Of a stretch of 64,000 nucleotides of DNA, positions 56,682 through 64,000 are shown in pieces. A program made the translations under genes and the position numbers. The DNA lies in IMG/VR virus record IMGVR_UViG_3300010430_000004, positions 104,537-168,536 of that record; one strand, given 5' to 3'. The number at the start of each line of letters is the position of its first letter. Position 1 is the stretch's first letter. The notes beneath the pieces were generated by a model. It ran no database searches. It saw only the letters and a program-made list of their open reading frames with translations, and was not told where the DNA came from. This DNA comes from a virus.

Positions 56682-58553
56682 TTAAAAGGTAAATCCGATC
56701 TTGCCTTTTTTCTTGATAGTTGGGTTTTTTCCCTTATCTCTTACAGCTAAATCTTTAACTTTTTTCTTAAGCAAATTGTCGTTATAGCTCTGAGCCTTCT
56801 CTTGCCAAGTATCTCCTTTGGGTTTGTCGTTTCTTCCAGCAAAATTGAAAGAACCTCTCTTCCCTAAATAAGTAAATATCAAGTAACGTATAGCATCCAT
56901 GATATCTGACGTACCATCTTTACCATGCTCAGGTACTCCATCAATAGGATCACCCTTACCGTCAGTTTTCCACTTATACACTTCAAAACAATCAAGAATT
57001 CTTTCAGTATTTCCAGAAACTAGTACTTTTAGCTTTCTAACGTTATTAGAGTCAGTTATTACTGATTGAACACAGTTAATTCCATCAACTACAAAATCTT
57101 TAGTCTTTTTAACGCCTTTTGCAGTACCCTTGACAGCCCTGTTCAGTTTTCTGATACTTCCTGGTTGAGCAGAATCACAATACCACTTCTTAGGTCTGTA
57201 TATCTCATCGAATTCTTTGGCATATTTGTCGATAAGATCAGAATCTTCTAATCCAGAAGCAGACACTATATCCATAATCCACATATCGTTATTTGGTAAA
57301 ACTGCCGCTATAACTATGGTAGATTCATCTGTAAAACCCCAATCCACTCCAGCAAAGAATGGAATACCCATATCGTGCATATAGTCTATTAAAAATCCTA
57401 AAGTTAGGTTTTTCTTGTCAGGTTCACCAGTAAGATATTCCCAAGCTTCTTGTAATTGTATAGAATTTTCGTGCCTGCTAAATCTAGGATAAACTAGACC
57501 AAAACTGGAAGGTTTATTACACAAAAGCTGGGCATTGGCCCAATCAGGAGCGGTTTGTTTAAAGTTGTTATGAACAGCAGTCAAAGGCTTGTAGAGTCCA
57601 CCGATATTGCTCTGTGGTCGATCTACTAGCCTATTTCGAATAACGGATAACATGGGGTGTTTCGCTATGCCTGCGTATGCCTCAAAGGGCTCGTATTTGA
57701 CTTTTTCTTCATCATTAAGTTTATTAAACTCTTCAGGGCTCATGTTTCTCATTGGTAAATTTATAGAGACGTATCTCAAAACTTTAGGTTTGTCTACCTG
57801 AGCAACTTCTTCTGGTATTCTTTCAGTAATGTCTATAATATTCCATCTAAGAATTTCTCCACCAGCAGCAACTGTCTCTTTTAGAGTCTTTTCCATCAAT
57901 CCACCAGCAAATTTACGAGTAGAAAGATAGACAGTTAATGGATAATAACCCTTATAAGTACATGGAATCATTTTAGCTTCTTCTAGGGCTCGTGGATCTT
58001 GAACAACGTCAACCTCATCCATAAAAAGCAGAGGAGTATGCTCACTATTCATACCAGCAACAGTAGCAACAACAACTCTGAGATAAACGTCATCACCATC
58101 ATCAGTAATATATTGAATTTTACCCTTATTGTCTGACTCTTTTGTCCAGCCTTGAACCTCTAAATACTTGTGAATTTTACGAAAAAATGAGTTAACGTAT
58201 TGAATAGCCTTTTCAGACTGAGGCTTAATTGCCGCTCCATGGGCAACTGCAATTTTAAAATGTATCATACACAGAACTTCAATGGCAGCTGCTGATAGTG
58301 TCTTGTATGAGTCACGAGAAGCCAGCATAGCAACCTGTGGAACATTCATAGATTCTTTGGTCTTGATTAGCTCATATATGCGCCACATAGCTTCAGCTGG
58401 CGAATGCGTACTTTCTGGATAAACCACTCCTAATGGAAAATCCAAATCAAGATAAGTAATCATCCAATTCCTGAGTTCTTCAGCAGAATTCAAGGGCTTT
58501 AGGATCATTTCACCTTTTAATTGTTCAATTTGCGCTTTTTGCTCTTCTGTCAT
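56682..58553 (-). CDS. terL: terminase large subunit
   Basis: ASRDSYKT (Walker A variant), LFMDEVD, AGVDWG, YCDSA, DIMDAIRY. Confidence 0.88.
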   Translation of the reverse strand: MTEEQKAQIEQLKGEMILKPLNSAEELRNWMITYLDLDFPLGVVYPESTHSPAEAMWRIYELIKTKESMNVPQVAMLASRDSYKTLSAAAIEVLCMIHFKIAVAHGAAIKPQSEKAIQYVNSFFRKIHKYLEVQGWTKESDNKGKIQYITDDGDDVYLRVVVATVAGMNSEHTPLLFMDEVDVVQDPRALEEAKMIPCTYKGYYPLTVYLSTRKFAGGLMEKTLKETVAAGGEILRWNIIDITERIPEEVAQVDKPKVLRYVSINLPMRNMSPEEFNKLNDEEKVKYEPFEAYAGIAKHPMLSVIRNRLVDRPQSNIGGLYKPLTAVHNNFKQTAPDWANAQLLCNKPSSFGLVYPRFSRHENSIQLQEAWEYLTGEPDKKNLTLGFLIDYMHDMGIPFFAGVDWGFTDESTIVIAAVLPNNDMWIMDIVSASGLEDSDLIDKYAKEFDEIYRPKKWYCDSAQPGSIRKLNRAVKGTAKGVKKTKDFVVDGINCVQSVITDSNNVRKLKVLVSGNTERILDCFEVYKWKTDGKGDPIDGVPEHGKDGTSDIMDAIRYLIFTYLGKRGSFNFAGRNDKPKGDTWQEKAQSYNDNLLKKKVKDLAVRDKGKNPTIKKKGKIGFTF

Positions 58554-58557
58554 ATAT

Positions 58558-59049
58558 TTAAGATTTCCCTATCTTCACTTTATTCCAGTTAAATTTGCAA
58601 ATTTCCTTGATTCTATGCGCTATATTGTGGCTAGCTGGCACCTTAAATATGCCATTATCTATATTTTCTTGAAACCAAAGCAACAGGTTCTGGACCTTAT
58701 CATAACTAATATCTGAGTAAATCCTTGAAAATCTTGTCCTTTTGAATACAAATCTGGGTTTTGGGTAATTTCTAGGTCTTATTTGTGTCTGATCTTGCTT
58801 TTCTATATACTTCCATACAAAGTTTAATGCGCTATAAGGTAACAAAAAAGTATCTTTATCTAGCGAAGTTGCTATTAAATGTACATATTTGTTACAATAA
58901 GCATCAGCAACGCTACATTTTGTAGCATTTCCATTTTTAAGAACCAAGATTTCAGCTTCTCCATCAATTTTACCGATTTTGCCAGTAGATTTGAAGGTGA
59001 TTTTGTATTTAGGGTCTTTCGTTTGCTTCGTTGGTGTATTTGTCGGCAT
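58558..59049 (-). CDS. hypothetical basic protein
   Basis: 163 aa between chaperonin and terminase. Confidence 0.55.
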   Translation of the reverse strand: MPTNTPTKQTKDPKYKITFKSTGKIGKIDGEAEILVLKNGNATKCSVADAYCNKYVHLIATSLDKDTFLLPYSALNFVWKYIEKQDQTQIRPRNYPKPRFVFKRTRFSRIYSDISYDKVQNLLLWFQENIDNGIFKVPASHNIAHRIKEICKFNWNKVKIGKS

Positions 59050-60781
59050 TACCTGTAACTCTCCTAAATTCAGTTTCGGCTTGAGCTTCAGCTAATTCTA
59101 GAGCGTTATCTCTAGGGTAAACAACCATTCCACTCATAGTACCCATGACACTGGCAATACCTATAGCATTTACCACTGCTTCTTCTACTGCTTTTCTAGC
59201 ATCGTACAGTCCTAGTTGTTTAGCGGTTCCAAATTTGTGAATATTAACGTCATAACAATGTTTGGATTTTGGACCCATGAGTTTACTAAGTATACCCTCA
59301 ATCTCATCATCAGAGTAACCAGCATTTGTCAACAGCCTTTCAGCTGGTTTAATAAGTGCTGGAACAAGTACATCAAAAATAACGCTTCCTGGCTTATTTT
59401 TGCCAGCCAACATTAGAGAGATGTCGATTAATGTTCTACACCCTCCAGGAAGGGCACCATCAGTAATAGCAGCTCTAACAGCACAAACAGCGTCTTCTGC
59501 TCTATCATGCTTTTCCTTAAGTTCGCCTTGACTGCCAGCAAATACTTTTAACTTTGCTATACCTTGGGTAAGTTTACCTAAACGTTCTTGCAATAGTATT
59601 CTTTCAATTTTAGATTCAGCGTTTTCGATCATTTGATCAAGCTGCTCAGATCTTTCTTCAATGAGGGCAGGGTCAGAATCACCAACAACTGTACTTCTGA
59701 AGCGATACATTTCAAATCGCTCCATACCATGACCAAGATCATCCATTTCGGCATTAGAAACGTTATTATCCATTCCAAAAACTTTAGCTCCAGTAAATGC
59801 TGCTAAGTCTTCTAAGAATTCTGTCTGAGAATTAATGATCTGATCCATTGGAGTCTTGATAGGTACGATATTCAAAGCACTAGGGTTGGCAAAGTTCATT
59901 GCAAGCTCTGTAAGGATACCTTCACTAAAGCCATGAGCAACGAATACTAGATTTTTATAGTCACTTTCCCCTGCATGAAAAAGTTCACCAGCCAACTTTA
60001 GGATTGGTAGAAATTGTACAAGGTCATTAACCATACCATTATATAATAAGAAAATAGGACTTTCAAGATCACATCTCTGATTTCCACGATCGTTAATAAA
60101 AGCATTTCCAAATTTACCAATGCTTTCCTCATAGCCTATTGGAATGGGCAAACCTTCAATAAGTTCCACTTCATAACCTTCAGGTCCAGAAAGTTCTTGG
60201 ATCGTTACGTGGGCACTGCTTCCAAACTCTAACTTTTTAAAACATTCAATAACGGCTTTGGCCATTTCGATATCGCCATTAGCTGAAATAGTAGCTACTT
60301 GTTCCAGTAATTTACGATTCTTTGGAGTAATTTTGATAGTGTTTTCTTCAATAAAGGGAAGAATTTCTTCTTTAAGGCATTTCTTAATTTCACGAGCAAC
60401 ACGTTGTGGAGAAGCTTTTTTGTTAGCCTTAGTATAGGCAAAAAGGGCATTAATAAAAGCATTAGAAAGAATAGTAGCAGTGGTAGTGCCATCTCCAGCT
60501 TCAGCGGCGGTTTTTCCAGCAACATCTCTAGTCTGTTCAACAATAACGTGTTTAAAAGGATCAACATATCCTAGACTTTTAAAAACTGTAACCCCATCTT
60601 TGGTATTTTTAGATGGAATACCGTGAAGGTCGCTTTCAATAAGAACGTTTTCTCCTCCAGGACCCAAGGTAGACCCTACAATTTCAGCTACTTCGTTCAT
60701 AGTCGAAAGAACATAATCTCGGATTTTTTGCTTGTCTGAAATAAATAGTTTAGAACTGGACTTAACTTTTTTTGATGACAT
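59009..60781 (-). CDS. groEL: GroEL-like chaperonin
   Basis: STLGPGG, TKDGVTV, AGDGTTTAT, ATISANGD, EDAVCA, LPGG. Confidence 0.95.
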   Translation of the reverse strand: MSSKKVKSSSKLFISDKQKIRDYVLSTMNEVAEIVGSTLGPGGENVLIESDLHGIPSKNTKDGVTVFKSLGYVDPFKHVIVEQTRDVAGKTAAEAGDGTTTATILSNAFINALFAYTKANKKASPQRVAREIKKCLKEEILPFIEENTIKITPKNRKLLEQVATISANGDIEMAKAVIECFKKLEFGSSAHVTIQELSGPEGYEVELIEGLPIPIGYEESIGKFGNAFINDRGNQRCDLESPIFLLYNGMVNDLVQFLPILKLAGELFHAGESDYKNLVFVAHGFSEGILTELAMNFANPSALNIVPIKTPMDQIINSQTEFLEDLAAFTGAKVFGMDNNVSNAEMDDLGHGMERFEMYRFRSTVVGDSDPALIEERSEQLDQMIENAESKIERILLQERLGKLTQGIAKLKVFAGSQGELKEKHDRAEDAVCAVRAAITDGALPGGCRTLIDISLMLAGKNKPGSVIFDVLVPALIKPAERLLTNAGYSDDEIEGILSKLMGPKSKHCYDVNIHKFGTAKQLGLYDARKAVEEAVVNAIGIASVMGTMSGMVVYPRDNALELAEAQAETEFRRVTGNADKYTNEANERP

Positions 60782-60816
60782 TTATTCTCCCATAACGTTA
60801 CTATTATAAATATCGC

Positions 60817-61074
60817 TTAATTGTCTATATTATTAAGGAAATCTATAATATCATCTTTGAGTTCAAAATCTGATTTTTCTAAATATCCTTTTTTCATGGC
60901 ACTTAAAGCACCAGTATATGAGATCTTGCCTTGTTCAGCCATTTTAATAAGATCTTCTTCCATCATTGCTTGAATTACTTTTTTAGTCTTTAAACAACTA
61001 GAACATTTTCTACCATAATTTGGAGTTTTAAGCCATGTATGTGACCCGAAAAAACATTTAATTTTCTGTATCAT
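60817..61074 (-). CDS. small protein with C-H-C-C motif (DUF1660-like)
   Basis: KCFFGSHTW...CSSC. Confidence 0.55.
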   Translation of the reverse strand: MIQKIKCFFGSHTWLKTPNYGRKCSSCLKTKKVIQAMMEEDLIKMAEQGKISYTGALSAMKKGYLEKSDFELKDDIIDFLNNIDN

Positions 61075-61086
61075 CTTCTGATTCCA

Positions 61087-61665
61087 TTATCTTTCTTCTC
61101 CAAATCTTTCCTTAACTTTATCAAAGATAGATCTGCAATGAGCATCTAATCTAGACATAGAATCTTCTCCCATTGCACTCAACAAAAGCCTGTCTTCTGG
61201 CCTTTCTTTCAGATAGCCTTCAATGTATTCCAGTGGATTTGCCCAATCTAATTCGTCAGATTTATTTATATTGATTCTATCTTTAATTACTTGTTCAGCA
61301 ATATCGGCATGGTAGGTAAGAAGAAAAGCCCCAAATACAGTTACACTTCTATGGGTGCCGCCATCACAATTTATACTTATCTTTGGTGTTTTTCTATAGT
61401 AAACGTGCCATCTTAATACTCTGTTTATAGCGTAAAAAAGTTCAGGAGTAGGTTTTCTATCTTCATTCCAAGGATACCAAACTAAAGGTCTGTCTAGTGG
61501 AGGCTCCATCCAGGTGTCAGTTACCGATATATAAACGTCTGCCTTGTCATCCTCATCTAGTTTATCAAAATTCATTGACAATTTGTTTGGACGATTTCTA
61601 ACAAAAATTTCACTTTCGTTTATTTTATAGATATACCCAGAGGCATCTCTTTTTGGATCATTCAT
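61087..61665 (-). CDS. CX5R protein-tyrosine/dual-specificity phosphatase-like protein
   Basis: INCDGGTHRS P-loop. Confidence 0.7.
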   Translation of the reverse strand: MNDPKRDASGYIYKINESEIFVRNRPNKLSMNFDKLDEDDKADVYISVTDTWMEPPLDRPLVWYPWNEDRKPTPELFYAINRVLRWHVYYRKTPKISINCDGGTHRSVTVFGAFLLTYHADIAEQVIKDRININKSDELDWANPLEYIEGYLKERPEDRLLLSAMGEDSMSRLDAHCRSIFDKVKERFGEER

Positions 61666-61682
61666 AATGTATAAATATCGTA

Positions 61683-62072
61683 TTAGTTATTGAACCAATA
61701 TTTTAGGGCTATGTTGTGTTCGGCTGGAACGTGAAGTTCGTTGCAAACTTCAATGGGATCTTTGAATACCCAATCATCACACTCATTGTCTGGATCATTA
61801 GAGGTATCTACTTCGCCTGTGGTGGATACTTTAAATAAATAAATAAGCATATCTTTACCATTGCGATCTTGAGAAAACTTGGCACAAATTAGTTCAATTT
61901 TTGAAGCATTCAGTCCGGTTTCTTCCTTAACTTCACGAGCAATAGCTGCTACAGGGCACTCATTCTTCTCAACGTGTCCACCTGGCTGTGTCCATTTATC
62001 ATTATCATTACGCTTGCCCATAAGCAATTCGTCATAATCATTACAAATGTAAGCCACAGCTACTCTACGCAT
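61683..62072 (-). CDS. Nudix hydrolase
   Basis: PGGHVEKNECPVAAIAREVKEETGL Nudix box; ATG at 62072. Confidence 0.92.
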   Translation of the reverse strand: MRRVAVAYICNDYDELLMGKRNDNDKWTQPGGHVEKNECPVAAIAREVKEETGLNASKIELICAKFSQDRNGKDMLIYLFKVSTTGEVDTSNDPDNECDDWVFKDPIEVCNELHVPAEHNIALKYWFNN

Positions 62073-62220
62073 CTTGTATTTGCCTATCAATTATTTTTTT
62101 GTTTTCTTGTCTAGCAGATGAACGTTGGCTTTTTCTGACCTTACGTTTATTTTTAGGAGAGGGGTTTCCTATACAATAATGACACTGGCAACCAGTTTTA
62201 TATTGGGCAAGAAATTTCAT
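62065..62220 (-). CDS. small basic Cys protein (51 aa, not in ORF track)
   Basis: GAGG RBS; MKFLAQYKTGCQCHYC...; fills the gap. Confidence 0.55.
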   Translation of the reverse strand: MKFLAQYKTGCQCHYCIGNPSPKNKRKVRKSQRSSARQENKKIIDRQIQDA

Positions 62221-62221
62221 A

Positions 62222-63979
62222 TTATCCTCTAATTTTCTTTACTACTAAGTTTTTATCTTTAAAACTAGCAACATGAGTGCCAGACTCATTGTGCCAATTA
62301 CACTTGCCAGTCTTCTCGTCGTGACTGTGCTTAAGATTAGTGTGCCCTTTGCTTCCCAGTATTTGTTCAGCATGACCTTTATCTTTAGCACCATAATGAG
62401 TGCCATGTTCATCTTTCTTCTTGAAAGTACTTTCCATTTTCATCATCCCTGATAAACGTTTTTCATTTTTTTCAAAATGTCTAAGAGCAACAAGTTTGGT
62501 AATAGCTTCAACTTCTTTTTTACTAAGGTGAGGCATTCTTGTTTGAAAAAACTTAACAAAAGCTTGTTGATCACCCCAAGAACGATACGCTTCTTCCATC
62601 TTTTTAAACCTAGTTGGTTTTGGCCCAACACCTATGATTCCCTTTGCTGCTTCTTGGGCATCTGAGTTTTCTTGAGAGTTTGAGTCCTTAACTTTATCAT
62701 CGGCGATAGGTTTTAATGTTATTTTCTTTTTGCTTGGTTTTTTCTTTTTGTTTTTCTTAGGTGGATTTTCTTTAGAAAGAACCTGCAAACCTTCGTCTAC
62801 GCATTCTTTAGCTAAAGCTGCTCCACCAGTAAGCTGTGAAGGTGCCGAGGCTCCAGAACCAGCAGTCATTGTTTTGTTTAGTTCTTCCATTTTTTTCATA
62901 GGCGCTATAAAACGATCAAATAAACGTCTAGCTTCGCCTCGATTGCCAGATTTAAGCGTTTCACCTATATGGGCAACCATAGATTTTCTATCAGCATGAC
63001 CTTCAGGAATATGAGAAGCATGAGTAGCTGACATTGTTTCGTGAAATGCTGGTTTTTTAGGTTCAGGTTTTGTAGATAGTGGTTTTTCTTTAGAGTTACC
63101 TAAGCTTTTATCCCATTGAGGGGGTTGAGCTTTTATATTTTTCTTCTCGGAGTTTGGTAAAGCGTTTCCAGCATCATCTCTACGTTTAATGCTTCCAAAT
63201 TTTTGGTTAGTAGAATTCATTGGCTTATCATCTTTAACTGTAACTTTTCCAAACTCTCCAGGTTTACTTTTAGGTTTGTCATCTAATACTTTAACGCTTC
63301 CAAATTTAGCACGAGCTTCTGGTTTAGTCATTGCTGGTTTTTTAGGGGAAGGATACATAGAATCTTCTTTTTTAAGAGCCTCTACATCAACTTCTTCTCT
63401 TTTTAATAATGACTCAACATTGTCGTCACTATTAATTTCTTGAAAACTTGTTTCAGTTTTAAATAATGAATACTCTTCAGCATCTTCTAATATTTCACAA
63501 TGAGCAGTTTTGTTACAAGGTTTTACAGTAATGGCTATATCCCTAGCTAAAGAATCTTGGATATTGATCCCATCACGCTTCATTGTTCCACCTTCAATAG
63601 ACCAAGCAACTAGGCTTCTGGATTTTGCTCCGTGATGTCTGTTATCATATCTTAGAATAGCAGCGGCATCTTTAGCTCCACTATGGCCAACAGCATCGAA
63701 CAGCTCACCTTTGGCATAAATAAATGGAACCTTGATTTTGTTCCACCAATATTCTTGTCTTTCATTAGAGCAATCAGATTTTTTGAAAATTTTCTTAGCA
63801 AATGTGATCTTGCCAATAACCTGGACTGGACTATCTTTAGACTTATGCTCCCAGTTAAATACAGAATCATCAGCACCAAGACTGGAAATGTCCATTCTGG
63901 ATATGTCTATCTTTTCAGCAGAGCTATCCATCACTTCTGACGCTGCAATTCCATCAATTATTGTACCACGTTTGCTCAT
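62222..63979 (-). CDS. prohead protease with long scaffold-like extension
   Basis: IDGIAASEVMDS..E, FNWEH, VIGK, WSIEG, AIT.KP.N (HK97/T4-type protease motifs) in the first ~170 aa. Confidence 0.75.
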   Translation of the reverse strand: MSKRGTIIDGIAASEVMDSSAEKIDISRMDISSLGADDSVFNWEHKSKDSPVQVIGKITFAKKIFKKSDCSNERQEYWWNKIKVPFIYAKGELFDAVGHSGAKDAAAILRYDNRHHGAKSRSLVAWSIEGGTMKRDGINIQDSLARDIAITVKPCNKTAHCEILEDAEEYSLFKTETSFQEINSDDNVESLLKREEVDVEALKKEDSMYPSPKKPAMTKPEARAKFGSVKVLDDKPKSKPGEFGKVTVKDDKPMNSTNQKFGSIKRRDDAGNALPNSEKKNIKAQPPQWDKSLGNSKEKPLSTKPEPKKPAFHETMSATHASHIPEGHADRKSMVAHIGETLKSGNRGEARRLFDRFIAPMKKMEELNKTMTAGSGASAPSQLTGGAALAKECVDEGLQVLSKENPPKKNKKKKPSKKKITLKPIADDKVKDSNSQENSDAQEAAKGIIGVGPKPTRFKKMEEAYRSWGDQQAFVKFFQTRMPHLSKKEVEAITKLVALRHFEKNEKRLSGMMKMESTFKKKDEHGTHYGAKDKGHAEQILGSKGHTNLKHSHDEKTGKCNWHNESGTHVASFKDKNLVVKKIRG

Positions 63980-64000
63980 TATTACCTCGTAAAGTATATA

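Noticed and set aside
11866-58553. Introns or inteins in nrdA, nrdB, dnaE, recA or terminase
   Set aside because: Motifs are contiguous, lengths are unremarkable, and no intein C1/HN termini or homing endonuclease motifs were seen.
5721-61700. Full sigma28 (TAAA-N15-GCCGATAA) promoters
   Set aside because: The CGATA core is present but no consistent TAAA occurs at the expected distance in the cases checked, so only the -10 motif is claimed.
1-64000. Stop-codon reassignment, as seen in some large phages
   Set aside because: Long conserved genes (dnaE, nrdA, terL, groEL) are intact in code 11, and TAA, TAG and TGA all end genes at coupled junctions.
1-64000. CRISPR array, retron/reverse transcriptase, integrase or IS element
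   Set aside because: No regularly spaced repeats and no RT, recombinase or transposase motifs. The only dispersed DNA repeats seen are promoters.
1-64000. Specific host or phage taxon assignment
   Set aside because: Hints (low GC, Tat and Sec signals, Fis/NtrC-type HTH, S8 protease) are not diagnostic without database searches.

Overview
This window is a gene-dense, AT-rich segment of a large tailed (probably myovirus-like) bacteriophage genome using the standard genetic code. No rRNA, CRISPR array, integrase, intron or intein was seen. From 1 to about 53.3 kb, tightly overlapping + strand genes encode replication and recombination proteins (DnaE-type polymerase, DEDD exonuclease, primase-like protein, SSB, RecA/UvsX, RuvC-like resolvase, ATP-dependent ligase) and class I RNR (nrdA, nrdB). 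The same arm carries many host-interaction enzymes: a PRS-like + NAMPT-like + macrodomain operon resembling NARP1, NADAR, four metallophosphoesterases, two SET domains, Pth2, an M17 aminopeptidase, an S8 protease and a trigger-factor-like FKBP. From about 53.3 to 64 kb, the - strand holds the head/packaging module (prohead protease, Nudix, CX5R phosphatase, GroEL-like chaperonin, terminase large subunit, portal, MuF-like protein). The most unusual observations are: (1) a ~350-nt GC-rich, densely base-paired non-coding RNA candidate (5757-6103) ending a cassette of two phosphoesterases that flank three tandem paralogous mini-proteins; (2) a 65-nt non-canonical tRNA-like RNA with its own promoter (42205-42269); (3) two promoter classes, one a -10-only YGATAHT motif that appears to make leaderless mRNAs, alongside separate sigma2-like and sigma4-like ORFs; (4) a Tat-signal protein carrying an apparent major-capsid fragment. 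All functional calls come from motif recognition by eye, without database searches.
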